A DNA stretch of 64,000 nt. Origin: Octopus sinensis. Taxonomy: Eukaryota. Made by a program: the position numbers and the translations under genes. Shown here piece by piece: positions 1 through 12,840 of this stretch. The number at the start of each line of letters is the position of its first letter. The first letter of the stretch is position 1. The notes below the pieces were generated by a model. That model made no database searches. It was not told the DNA's origin and saw nothing but the letters and a program-made list of their open reading frames with translations. The stretch lies in NCBI RefSeq assembly GCF_006345805.1, contig NC_042998.1:54312001-54376000 (forward strand), written 5' to 3'.

Positions 1-419
1 CAATAGTTTTGTGTGTGTGTGTTCTGTGAAAGAAGAAAATTAGTGAGGCAGATGGAAGGATGAGAAGAGTATAATAGAGGTGGGTGCACATGTCTGAGAG
101 TAAATGGAAGGAAGAAATGAAGAAATGCAAAAACAGAGAGGAATGTGCATGATCAAAGGAATAAAGAGGAGAGATAGGAAAATAATAGTAAAGGTGGAGA
201 CAAATTAATAACAATACAATGTTAATATAAAAAGAATTACAAGTTCTGTGTGGGAAGTAATTTAAAGACAATACAAAACAACACTGATGAAAAGTTTGGT
301 GGGGTTTATGCAACTGGTGTAAAGTCCAGGGAGGTAGGAATGTCCACAGTTTTGTGAGGAATTTGATAGCAGTAGATGAGTGATTATAAACCACTGATCA
401 AAATCAAATGGAAATTGTA

Positions 420-780
420 GTTGTGGCCAATGCCAGTGCTGCCTGACTGGCTCCTGTGTTGGTGGCATGCAATAAGCACTGTTCATGCGTGGGTCGTAGC
501 CAGTTCCACCTGAGTGGCTCCCCGTGCCGGTGGCATGTAAAAAGCACCATCTGAACATGGCTGATGCCAGTGCTGCCTGACTGGCTCCTGTGCCGGTGGC
601 ACATAAAAAGTACCTGCTACACTCTCGGTGTGGTTGGCGTTAGGAAGGGCATCCAGCTGTAGAAACATTGCCAGATCAGATTGGAGCCTGGTGTGGCCTC
701 CTGACTTGCCAGTCCCCTGTTAAACCGTCCAACCCATGCCAGTATGGAAAGCAAACGTTAAATGATGATGATGATGATGA
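420..780 (+). mobile_element. Repeat family D (SINE-like, (GAT)n tail)
   Basis: gtggcatgtaaaagcacc modules, gttggcgttaggaagggcatccagctgtagaaac, ccaacccatgccagtatggaaa...aaatgatgatgatg. Confidence 0.8.
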
Positions 781-1038
781 TAGAAGAGAAGAAAAAGGGG
801 AAAAAATTAATTACATGGCTGGTAGAGTCTAGGTGGAAAAGAAAATCTTTCTTAAACAGAAGAGTAAAGTGAAAGGGAGTTAAGAAATATAGAAACAAGA
901 TGAAAGTGTTGGTGAAGAGATGTGTGTGTGTGTGTGTATGCATGAGTGTGTTAGAGAGCTGAGAGTGAATTACCATAGTAGCAAAGGGAGGAGGAATGTG
1001 TGAGTGAGAATATGTGTAGATATGTGTGCATTCTTGTT

Positions 1039-1107
<69 letters not shown>

Positions 1108-1735
1108 GCATGCAATGTCATCCATATATACATATATATACTTCCCAGCAGAAATATTAAGACTAGTACCTCTGATGGTAACAAGCACTCATTGTGGTGC
1201 CATGTAAAAGTGCCCTAAGGTGCCACATAAAAGCACCCGTGTAATGTCACATAAAAGAGGCCATGTGGTGCTATGTAAAAGTACCAAACACACTCTATAA
1301 AATGGTTGGTATTAGGAAGGGCATTCACTCATAGAAACCATTCTAAATCAGACTGGAGTCTGGTGCACCTACCTAGCTTGCCAATTCTAGTCAAACCATC
1401 CAACTCATGCCAGCATGGACAACATATGATAAATGATGATGATGATGATGATGATGGTGATATGCACATATACATACATATAAGTTTTACATGTTGACTC
1501 ATGAGTTACGTGTTAACTTCAGTAGTGATGGTGACACATAAAATGCACCCAGCACACACGTTAAAATGGTTGGTGTTAGGAACAGCATTCAGCCATAGAA
1601 ACCTAGCCAAAGCAGACACTGGAGTGTGATGCAATTCTTGGACTCATAGGATCCTTGTCAAATCATCCAACTCATTCCATAATGGAACATGGATGATGAT
1701 GTCGACGACAATGATGATGACAGCAATGATCATGA

Positions 1736-1788
<53 letters not shown>

Positions 1789-2479
1789 CATGCAAACACA
1801 CACATACAGACTTGATGTGGTCGAAATTCCAATGAATGAGTCATGTTTCCAGGCTAGAAACTGGCTCCTTCTCCATTGGTGAGAAATTTGGAAAATAAAA
1901 CCAAGAACAAATGAACAGATAAATTTATGTATGTACGTCGGTATTTATGTGCGTACGTACGTATGTATTTACATACATAAACACAGACATACAAACATGT
2001 GTCTACTGATAAAACATGTACAGTTAGTGTAATAAATTAGATGATAATATGTTAGTACAAAAATATGGAGATGTATGAGATAAATGAATAAGTAATAAAA
2101 AAAAACCACACACCTCAGTATATAATAACCAAAACATGGACTTTATAGATAAATATTTTTGAAATGTAACTTTTATAGGATGACATTGCAAAAAAGTAAA
2201 AATAACTCAATCAAAAAAAATCACTGTAAAAGAAGAAAAAAAAATTGAATGGAAATTGAGTTTGAGTTATTACAGAGCAGTTAGAATATGAAAAACAAAA
2301 CAAACAGTTAACTAGTAATGAGTGTTACCATAGCAAAAATACACATAACAAAAGAACAGTGTAATAAATTACATTTTAACAGCGAAGCATAACACAACAT
2401 TGCTTTCTGTTTGATGGCTTGGGTGAAGCAGTTTTAGTTTTACATACACACATGTTTTATATGCATATACATATTCTTT

Positions 2480-2740
2480 TATTCTTTTATTAGTTTCAAT
2501 CATTTGACTGCAGCCATGCTGGAGCACCACTTTTAGTCAAACAAATCGCCTTCATGACTTATTCTTTCTAAGCCTACTACTTATTCTATCGGTCTATTTT
2601 GCTGAACCGCTAAGTTATGGGGACATTAACACACCAACATCGGTGCCAAGCGATGATGGTGGGGACAAACACATACATATATATATATATAATAGAAATA
2701 TGTTACAAAAAGAAAATAGAAACTACATGTAGAAATGTTA

Positions 2741-2794
<54 letters not shown>

Positions 2795-2921
2795 GGCTTC
2801 TTTCAGTTTCTGTCTGCCAAATCCACTCACAAGGGTTTGGTTGGCCAGAGGCTATAGCAGAAGACACTTACCCAAAGTGTCACACAGTGACACATGCTTC
2901 TTACTAAACAGCCACTCCTAT
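2480..2921 (-). mobile_element. tRNA-headed SINE family A
   Basis: Head ggagtggctgt..., central microsatellite slot, tail ...ccagcatggctgcagtcaaatgattgaaac. Matches more than 10 other copies in the window. Confidence 0.8.
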
Positions 2922-5900
2922 ATACTGTGTTTGTGTTTGTCCCTCACCACCACTGCTTGACAAGTGGCATTGGTGTGTTTGCGTCCCGAGAGCTAGAGGT
3001 TTGGCAAAAGAGACTGATAGGATAAGTACCAGGCTTAAATATAAGTACTGGGGTTGATTCATTTGAGTACAAAAATTCAAGACAGTGCCCCAGCTTGGCC
3101 ACAGTCTAATGTCTGAAACAAGTAAAAGATATAGGATAAAATCTACTAAAATTCAAAATCTGTTTGTCTGTTCACAAATTTTGAGGAAATAATTGATCGT
3201 AGTTATAAACTGTTTCCCACTTTTGCCTAAAATAACTTTAAGCATTTCTCTTCCCTAGAACCTTCCTAACAGGAGAATTTTGTTTCTTATTATAGCAACA
3301 TATTAAAGAAATGTCGCTTCATTGCATATACAGAAGGAAGACATATTTGCATTTGAAATGAGGCATACACTTCTAATGGTAAGTCTATGCACAAAAACAC
3401 ACAGGCAATACTTGCAGACATGTACATACGTACACACAAGGGTTATACACTTTCCACACATGTGTTTAGAGAGAGAAACAAAGATTAATCAAGTTTCAAA
3501 TTCGTCATCATCATTTAACGTCCATTTTCCATACTGACATGGGTTGGATGGTTTGACTAAAAACTGATAAGCAGGGGAGGTGCACCAGGTTTTCATTTGA
3601 TCTGGCATGGTTTCTATGGCTGGATGCCCTTTCTAATGCCAACCACTCCATGAGTGTAGTGGGTGCTTTTTATGTATCACTGGCACAGTTTCCAGTTATG
3701 TAACACTGGCATTGGCCACAACTACAATCTCACTTGGCTTGACAGATCTTCTTAAGCACGGTAGATCACAAAAAGGTCTCTGTCACTCATCACTGCCTCC
3801 GTGCAGCCCAACATTCGAAGGGTACTTTTTATGTGTCAGTTACACGACACTGGCATCAACCACAACTAATTATTCCCCTTGGCTTCATGGGTCTTCTCAA
3901 GTACAGCATATCGCACATGCATCATCATCATCATCATCATCATCATAAAGGCAGGATTGTTAGAGCATCAGCAGGCTACCTCACAGTATTTCTTTTCAGC
4001 TCTTATAGTCAGTGTTCAAAGCCCTGCCAAAATAAACTTTGCTTTCATCCCTTTGGGGGTCAATCAAATAAAGTATCAGTCAAGTAGTGGTGCAGAGGGC
4101 ATTAACTAACCTCCTCCTCTTAAAACTACAGGTCTCGTATCTAAATCAAAAACTACTTTCCCCATCCATCATCAGCAGCATTCCCATTCTTCTTTTTTTT
4201 TTCTGCAGTTTTATTATTCAGAGCTAATAGGTTCTGTTTCTACAGCTGTTAGATAATTTTATACAGATTTAGTGACATCTTCATCGTTTAACGTCCACTT
4301 TCCATACTGGCATGGCTTGGACAGTTTGATATGGAGCTGTCCAGACTCAAGCTGTCTGTTGAGGTATGGTTTCTACAACTGGATGCCCTTCCTAATGCCA
4401 ACCACTTAACAAAGTGTGCTGGGTGCTTTTCACGTACCACCGGCATAGGTGTGCTTACACAGCACTGACAGAGGTGCTTTTTAGGTGCCACCAGCACTTG
4501 AAAGGACAAGCCTGTATGCATAGAAGACAGTGATTTTACTAAGCTTGACTTGTCTAATCAAGTACAGCAAATTACCACATCTCCCGGTCCCTTGCCATTT
4601 TCTCACCTAGGCTCAGTGTCCGAAGATCCTTTCTCACCACTTTGACATTGAATTAATTGTTAAACTGTAACAACTGCACTAATTATCATTAAAGTTTTTC
4701 ATCTAAATATGTCTTCTCTTCTAACTGGCTGACCCTCATTTTAACGATACATATCATTAATTACAACTGCTTCAGGAGGTGAGCTGACAGAATCATTAAC
4801 ACTGGGCAAAACGCTTAGTGGCATTTTGTCCATCTTCATGTTGTAAGTTCAAATTCTGCTGGGGTTGACTTTGTATTTCATTCTTTCAGGGTTGATGAAA
4901 TAAGTATCAGTTGAGCACTGGAGCTGATGTAATTGACTAAGCCTGACCCTGAAACTGCAGGCCTTGTGCCAAAATTTGAAACTAATCACAACCGTTTCAA
5001 ATCTCCAAAGACATATTCAATATTGATGAAATCTGTTAATCTACTATTCAAATAGTATTTAAAGTCCTTGGTGAAGATCTTTAATCTTAGTCCTTTGGTA
5101 TTTACACTGGTTACATCCAACCCAAATATTTTACCAGTTTTATGTTCGAACCAAATAGATCTGGCTTCTCACACATACCCTACAATAACATTCTAGAAAT
5201 AAACAAGCACATCATTAATATCTTGAAGCTACAAGATAATGATTTCAAAGCAATGTGAATAAATAAACATTACATTTGACAAAGTAATATGAATGCCAAA
5301 CAGTTAATCAACATTTAGTATCTTTATATATTCTTGAGACTTTGATACATACTTCAAAGCTGTCACATTAATATTGAAGCATAACTTGCCGTATATAATT
5401 ACATGACTCGTTTGTTTACAAGTAATTAAACTTGACTGAAATTCTAATTTGTACAGCAAGTTGTTTGCTTTATAAATATTGTCAAATTATTTGATAACTG
5501 TTTCTGGCATGTTAGCATTGTCACTGTTGTTAGGTCTGAGGTTTGTCCTTCGTTCCACAGACCTATGGTCAAAGATATTCCTGCCATGACTATTCCATCA
5601 TTTTTGATATGTATGATTTCATTGCTCAAGTCATTTCTTTCTTTAAAACAGCAGAGTCGGATTTGAGGAAGATTTGGCAGCTATTTCTCTCAGATTGAAT
5701 GACTATACAAAGACTGTCTAATTGGATTCTCACTGATATGTTTTACAGAAGTGAGATATTCTACAGCAATGCACAGAGATGTACAGTAAGTATTGGAGTA
5801 AAAATGTCCACGAGTGAAAAAACTGGAAGGGCATCCAGCTGTAGAAGCCATGCCAAATCAGACTGGAGTCTGGTGCAGCCCCTCAGCTTACTAGCCCTGG

Positions 5901-7789
5901 TCAAACTGTCCAATCTATGCTAGCATGGACCACAGACATTGAATGATGATGATCAATGTGAATGGAAAAGCATTATATTTGACAAAATAGTCTGAATGGT
6001 AGCGGGTTAAGTCCAAGGTTTATCTAGGTTGAGTAGATTTAAGATAAGAGATACTGTCGTGATTATTGTATCTGTTTAGAGATAACCTGATTATATTATT
6101 CAAGGGGTCTTTTCTGCGTGCTTATTATATTAAGACAACAGAGTATGATGTGTGAGAAATTTGGCTGTTATTTCTATGAGCTTCAACAGCCATATAGAGG
6201 CAGGCTCCATCATTTACCTGTACATGTAGAGAAAGATATAGAGGGATGAATACAAAGAGGGAAATGAGAAGGAAGGAAAACAAATTGAGGGAAAAATTAA
6301 AGAAAAGAATAGCTGTCTTGCAGAGGAGAAACAGGAATGTGAAAATACATCTAGATCATAGCAATACATAAAGAAATGAAATAAAAAGAACAACAAGTAG
6401 AATTCCCCTAACACCTATATAAATCTGAATCCCCTTCGGATCCATAATTCCACGAAGCCAAGCCAAGCCAAGCCAGTAGAAGGTCATGAGGAAGTGGAGT
6501 AACTAACAAAATCTCAGCAGTAGAAATGATTTCTGAATAAGCATCTTAACTCACTCAAAAGCAAGCACATATTAACAAACAAATGCACAGTTAAATCTTC
6601 TACGTGGATCTATTAAATCAATATACCTAGCTGCAGATTCTGATTTTTCTGTCACAATATATTTTAGCGTTTTCTTGATGCCCATAAGGATTGAAAAGAA
6701 ACATAGCGGTGTATAATTGATTTCTAAAGAAGAAAATCAAATGCTTTACAATATTTTTTTTTCTTCCCTCTTTCCGCTAATTAGATTATTTCACATTAAA
6801 TGACAGAAATCTTTCTTATTATTTCATATCCTTTTTAAGTTTGAAAGCAAATAATTTCAGATTTCTAAACAACTTATGAAGCTGTCAATAGGCTTCATCG
6901 ACAATATAATGAAGCCTGTAAAAGCAACGTGATTTTAACCAGCTTCAAAAGATTCATTTCTCAATTTTCATGTAAATAGCAGCAATTGTAATTGTTTGTT
7001 TTAAACTTGCACATACATAATTGTTTGTATACAAATGCAAATAGAAATAATTGTTTTCATAACCAGAGGAGATTTTTTTAAAGGTTCTCCATACATATAT
7101 AGAGATATATGTTTTTGTTTTTTGATGAAATGTTTGAAATAATTCAAATGATGCTAATATTAAAATAGCTTAGGCTTACATGCACGTTTGATTAAATGCT
7201 AGGCAATTATTATTACGAAAATGATAAACTTTCTTCATGCAAAGATCACCAGTAACTAATAGTAAACAGCTTTAACAGAACTTGACATAAGGTCTTCAGT
7301 ATTAAGAATTATCAAAGTATAGAGTTTACATATATATACGGTTCCGTTTTCAGCAGAGAAAGACGTGATTGCCTTTGCTCTGTGAAAAAGTTTGCATAGA
7401 ACGGCGAAATAACCCACTGTAGTTGCAAAACGTAAAACTCTAAGTCATAGAGATCACTACAACACTCTGGTTAAAAATATTTTTAAAAATATATATATAA
7501 ATATATACATATACACAGTAATTTTCATTTTCGCCGAAACGCACATGGTGCAAAAATAACTGAATCAAGTTATCTCCTGCAAGAAAGAAAAAAGAAGCAT
7601 CTCTCCTGAAAAAAATCCCGTAAACCAAAAAAATAATCCAGACCACATTGTTGGATTAAGTATCAATTTCATCTATTTCATATTTTATTTATTATTCTAT
7701 TTTATCTTTCACTTAGGCCCACATCTTAGTTAAAGTTGCGATCGTCATTTTGTTTGTTTACATTTTCAATATCTGTTCTCGATATAATA

Positions 7790-8940
7790 ATTTTCCAGAT
7801 ACTCTATCTTCTAATTAGCCTTAAGATTAAATTAAATAACGTTTAATATTGATACCGTCAAATTAGCCTTAGGATTAAATTAAATAACGTTTAATATTGT
7901 TTAATATTGTTAATAATTATTGTTAATTAGCCTTAAGATTAAATTAAATAACGTTTAATATTGTTTTAATATTGTTAATAATTTTTCAGATACTCTATCT
8001 TCTAATTAGCCTTAAGATTAAATTAAATAACATTTAATATTAATAATGTCTAATTAGCCTTAGGATTAAATTAAATAATGTTTAATATTGTTTAATATTG
8101 TTAATAATTACTGTTAATTAGCCTTAAGATTAAATTAAATAACGTTTAATATTGTTTAATATTGTTAATAATTATTGTTAATTAGCCTTAGGATTAAATT
8201 AAATAACGTTTAATATTGTTTAATATTGTTAATAATTATTGTTAATTAGCCTTAAGATTAAATTAAATAACGTTTAATATTACCCACACTCTAATATAAT
8301 ATTAACATTGCTAATATATTTTCAGATACTCTATCTCCTGATTAGCCTTAAGATTAAATAACGTTTTTATCCACACTCTAATATAATATTAATATTGCTA
8401 ATATATTTTCAGATACTCTATCTTCTAATTAGCCTTAAGATTAAATTAAATAACGTTTAATATTAATAACGTCTAATTAGCCTTAAGATTAAATTAAATA
8501 ACGGTTAATATTGCTTAATATTGTATATATAATTTTTCAGATACTCTGTCTTCTAATTAGCCTTAAGATTAAATTAAATAACGTTTAATATTACCCACAC
8601 TCTAATATAATATTAATATTGCTAATATATTTTCAGATACTCTATCTCCAAATTAGCCTTAAGATTAAATAACGTTTTTTTACCCACACTCTAATATAAT
8701 ATTAATATTGCTAATATATTTTCAGATACTCTATCTCCTAATTAGCCTTAAGATTAAACAACGTTTTTAGCCACACTCTAATATAATATTAATATTGCTA
8801 ATACATTTTCAGATACTCTATCCCCTAATTAGCCTAAGATTAAATAACGTTTTTACCCAAATAACGTTTTTACACAAACTTTAATATTGTTAATATTTCT
8901 TTTTCAAGTACTCTATCTTCTAATTAGCCTTAATATCTTC
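7790..8940. repeat. AT-rich higher-order minisatellite array, 16 copies of core AATTAGCCTT(A/G)AGATTAAA with recurring modular spacers
   Basis: Core starts at 7813, 7861, 7925, 8004, 8052, 8116, 8180, 8244, 8340, 8427, 8475, 8555, 8651, 8740, 8827 and 8922. Spacer modules (aatattgtttaatattgttaataattattgtt; acccacactctaatataatattaatattgctaatatattttcagatactctatc) recur. Confidence 0.95.
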
Positions 8941-8994
8941 CTGTCTTCTCTCGAACATAATTAGATAGATAAATGGATAGACGGATTATCCAGC

Positions 8995-9906
8995 ATGTCC
9001 AGAGCATGGAGACGTGACGAGCTGGATTTATTCGTACGAGCATGGGAGTGCGCCGGCGGAGATAGCCCTAGCGAGGTGATTGCGGCTGCGCTGAAGAGCA
9101 GAGGCTACAAGAGGACAGCGGCTCAGATGGAGCGAAAGAGACAGGAATTCGTGCGCTCATATGCGCTTGTACGGTCGCACATTGGCGCACTTGATGCTAT
9201 CTTTGAGAACGAGCGGGGCAAAGATGGCAAGAATGGAGACAATGAAAGAAGTCACCCCCACCTGGTGGACGCCCGGGAGGAGGTTTTGAATGAGAAACCT
9301 GCCCGGGAAGTGAACCCAGGTGCAAGTTCTCCAACCGGCAGCAAGGGCCATGGAGACGGAGAACCCGGTGAAGAGGTAGAGGGAGGAAGAAGAACTAAAA
9401 GAAGGACTGGAAGAGCTAAAGGAAAAGAAAAAGCTCAAGCAGGACTAAAGAGTGAAACAACCAGGAATAGAAGTGGAACCGCAAAGGATGGAACCAAACA
9501 GCGCACATGGGTGTGTATGTTCTACCTGAGAGGTTCCTGCTGGCATGGAAAGGAAGGTGCAGGCTGCCGCTTTGCACATCGGGGACCCTGCCACAGAGAC
9601 ACGAGGCAGATGGACAAACCATCAACACAAAGAAAAGGGATGGACCACGCACCACCTGCCCCAAAGCGGAGGTACGCAGATGTTGTGCGCGCCACAAACA
9701 GCCAACATGATGTTGTCGAAAGAGCAGCTGCTGAGCAACAATCTTTTTTGTGCATGGCACAAAAGATTGTACAGCAGCTGACCTGGCTTCATCAAACCCA
9801 AGCCCGCAGGTGGGACTACCCACTATATACCAGACCACCACAGCAAACAGACACAGGATGGACACCGCCGGCAACAACGTACACCTCACCTCGATACTCC
9901 TACTGA
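8995..9906 (+). CDS. LINE ORF1 protein (303 aa): N-terminal Myb/SANT-like trihelix domain, basic low-complexity linker, CCCH-type zinc finger
   Basis: Intact ATG-to-stop ORF. WRRDELDLFVRAW...IAAALKSRGYKRTAAQMERKRQEF resembles the trihelix pattern W..EE...L....IA..M...GY.RT..QC..K. CMFYLRGSCWHGKEGAGCRFAH is C-x7-C-x8-C-x3-H. Confidence 0.8.
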   Translation: MSRAWRRDELDLFVRAWECAGGDSPSEVIAAALKSRGYKRTAAQMERKRQEFVRSYALVRSHIGALDAIFENERGKDGKNGDNERSHPHLVDAREEVLNEKPAREVNPGASSPTGSKGHGDGEPGEEVEGGRRTKRRTGRAKGKEKAQAGLKSETTRNRSGTAKDGTKQRTWVCMFYLRGSCWHGKEGAGCRFAHRGPCHRDTRQMDKPSTQRKGMDHAPPAPKRRYADVVRATNSQHDVVERAAAEQQSFLCMAQKIVQQLTWLHQTQARRWDYPLYTRPPQQTDTGWTPPATTYTSPRYSY

Positions 9907-12840
9907 ACATCAGAGGACTGCAAACACTCAGTAACAGGACAAAGATCCCGTTCCTGAGAGACTTTGTTGCATGCAATCAAGCCTTATGCATAGCACTTAC
10001 AGAAACGCACCTGAAACCGGACATAGCAGATGCGGAGTTACACATACCACAGTATGCTGTACTACGGACCGACAGGAAAGAAAGGAGTCATGGAGGTGTT
10101 GCTATGTACATCCGTGAGGACCTCACACCCCAGGTCCTCTTGTCATACTCAAACTCGGTGTGTGACACACTAATTGTACATATTAGGCAACTTGATGTAG
10201 TTGTGTGTGCTACATATCGCCCTCCAGATGCCCCAAGCCATGTGGGCAAGTTTGAAGACTGCCTTATAAAAATAGAAGAAATTCTAACCACATTAGAACA
10301 ACACATAGGTGTGCTTCTTATGGGAGACTTCAATCTGCCCAATGTCAGATAGCCCGAGGGCCTTTCTCTCCCAGGAATGACAAGATGTGAACGAGGACAG
10401 GCGAGGTCCCTCCTGAACCTCATCAACACCCTGTACATGGAGCAGGTAATACTCCAACCAACCAGGGCAGGTAACACACTGGATCTCTGCTTCACAAATG
10501 ACATGGATCTCATCCATAATGTGAAAGTGACACCGACACTACTCTCGGATCACAACATGATAGAGCTGACCATGTACGGGCCAAAAGAGAGCACGGACAT
10601 GCAGCCTACAAGAAACCCTCAAAATCTTTCCAGCTTGAACTACCATAAGGCAAACTGGAAACAAATTGAGAAAGAGATCCTCAAACAAAACTGGCCTAAA
10701 TGTCTCTCCTCGCCAGACATCGACGTGAAACTTCAACAATTCATGTCTATAATGCAAGCCATATGCTACAAATGTGTCCCAGAGAGAAAGGCCACTGTAC
10801 ACAAGAACAAAATCCCCAGAGAGAGGAAAATTTTAATGAGACGGCGTACGAAATTTCAAATCGCCTAAACAAACAGATTGAAAGCAGTGAAAAGTCCCGC
10901 CTAAAAATAAAACTGTTGGAAATCGAAAAATGTCTGCAACTCTCCATGAAAAAGAAAGAGCAGACAAAGAAGCCTGGGCTATAGAAAACATAAAATCTAA
11001 CCCCAGAGCTTTCTACAGGTATGCCAAAGAAACAGCTACAGTGCACTGTAGAATAGGGCCACTCCTCGAAAAGGATGGCACACTTACAGGAAAACCAATG
11101 AGGGTAAGTGAAATACTGAATGAGCAATTCAAGAGTGTTTTCACTCCACCCCTTGGGCATCTCCAAATCACCAATCCAACTGACTTTTTTACCACTGCAG
11201 ATATAAAATCAGAGGCGGTGACAATAGATTACATCGATATAAAGGAAGACGATGTAACCAAGGCTATAGATGAAATGAAAACAGACTCAGCTACTGGCCC
11301 CGATGGATTCCCGGCAATCCTCCTAAAAGCATGTAAGAGAGTCCTAGCAAGACCACTGCAGTTCCTCTTTCAGAGCTTCCTTGCAGCTGGCAAACTTCCA
11401 GGAAAACTGAAGGAAGGTAAAATATGCCCCATTCATAAAGGAGGTAGCAGAGCGGAAGCCAAAAACTATAGACCTATCTCTCTGACCTCACACATCAGCA
11501 AGGTCATGGAACGAATAGTCAGAAGGAAGCTGATCACCTTCCTTGAAGAGAATGACTTGCTGCCCGACACCCACATGGTTTCCGACCAGGGAGAAGCTGT
11601 TTAACTCAGCTCCTACAACACTATGACTGGGTGCTGAAACGGCTGCTCAACCACTCAAATGTGGAAGTGATATATCTCGACTTTGCAAAGGCCTTTGATA
11701 AAGTCGATCATGGAATGATATGTCACAAACTGCGTGATCTCAACATAGTTGGAAAACTGGGAGAATGGCTTCATGACTTTCTGAAGGATAGAAGTCAGGT
11801 GGTAGTAGCCAATGGGGCCACCTCCATTAACACACAAATAGTGAGCGGTGTTCCGCAGGGCACTGTTCTGGGACCACTACTGTTCATAATGGCCCTCTCA
11901 GACATGCCCTCAGCCACGCAGAGAGCCACGATCACAAGTTATGCAGATGATACAAAAGTTTCACAGGCAATACAGAACCCTGAGGACACTAAACACCTGC
12001 AATGTGAGCTGGATGAAATATACAAGTGGGCTGAAAAGAATAGCATGCAGTTCAATGCTGGAAAGTTTCAAGCTTTATACTATCAGCATGCAAAACTGAA
12101 TGCAATACCCAATGAATACACTGGACCCGGAGGGATTGCAATCCCAGAGGCACAATCAGTGCGTGACCTGGGTATTCACATGAGTGATGACGCGACCTTT
12201 CATGTACATGTTGCTAAACTGACAATGAAATGTAGACGGCTGGCTGGATGGATTCTTAGAACCTTTAGAACAAGAGAACAAGAAACCATGATGGTCCTCT
12301 GGAAGACACTTGTCCTAAGCCACTTTGACTATTGCTCTCAGCTATGGTCACCATCCAGTGTCAAGTTGATCACAGAACTTGAGGCGATCCAACGAAGCTA
12401 CACAAAGATAGCCTCTATGCAGAATGTAAGCTACTGGGAAAGACTCAAGAGATTAAAATTATATTCCCTGGAGCGTAGGCGGAAAAGATATGCCATAATA
12501 TACATCTGGAAGATCCTGGAGGGAAGTGTCCTGAACTTTGGCATCGAGAGTTACGCAAATGCCAGAACTGGGCGCCACTGCGTGGTGCCTAGGACTCCAA
12601 ACCTGCCATCAAGATGTAGGACAAGATTCTGTGATAGCCTGGGCTTCCGAGGCCCACAGCTCTTCAATATCCTCCCGAAGAACCTGAGAGACCTGCATGG
12701 GGTGGATACAGATGTCTTTAAAATGAAGCTGGATCTCTTCCTGTCAGGTGTCCCAGATGAACCAACTTCACGGCAGGTGAGGGGCAGCTGCATCGAACTC
12801 TCTCATGCACCAAATAGCAGTTGCTAGAAAGCCTCCATGA
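9858..12840 (+). pseudogene. LINE ORF2 (AP-endonuclease + reverse transcriptase), interrupted by one nonsense codon and about four frameshifts
   Basis: APE motifs LNIRGL, LTETHL, YRPP, MGDFNLP, TLDLCF, SDHNMI. RT motifs NYRPISLTS, YLDFAKAFDKV, GVPQGTVLGPLLF, YADDT, and C-terminal YWERLKRLKLYSLERRR. TAG at 10350-10352; frame changes near 10855, 10950, 11572 and 12785. Confidence 0.93.

Noticed and set aside
758-1218. ORFs with [12 protein letters not shown] runs (also 25711-26163, 37656-37912, 47419-47850, 52602-53124, 55311-55707 and others)
   Set aside because: These are translations of (CA)n, (TG)n and (TA)n microsatellites with no coding signal.
5444-6722. Candidate minus-strand exons (6627-6722 EINYTPLCFF...SESAAR; about 5630 NDLSNEIIHIK...)
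   Set aside because: Splice-like sites and short open frames are present, but I recognise no homology, and such matches are common in AT-rich DNA. RNA-seq is needed.
7790-8940. CRISPR-like appearance (32-bp repeat with variable spacers)
   Set aside because: The spacers are recurring AT-rich modules related to the repeat, not unique sequences. There are no cas genes and the context is eukaryotic.
9157-12793. Minus-strand and alternate-frame ORFs overlapping the LINE
   Set aside because: Shadow ORFs of GC-richer LINE coding sequence, with no recognisable motifs.
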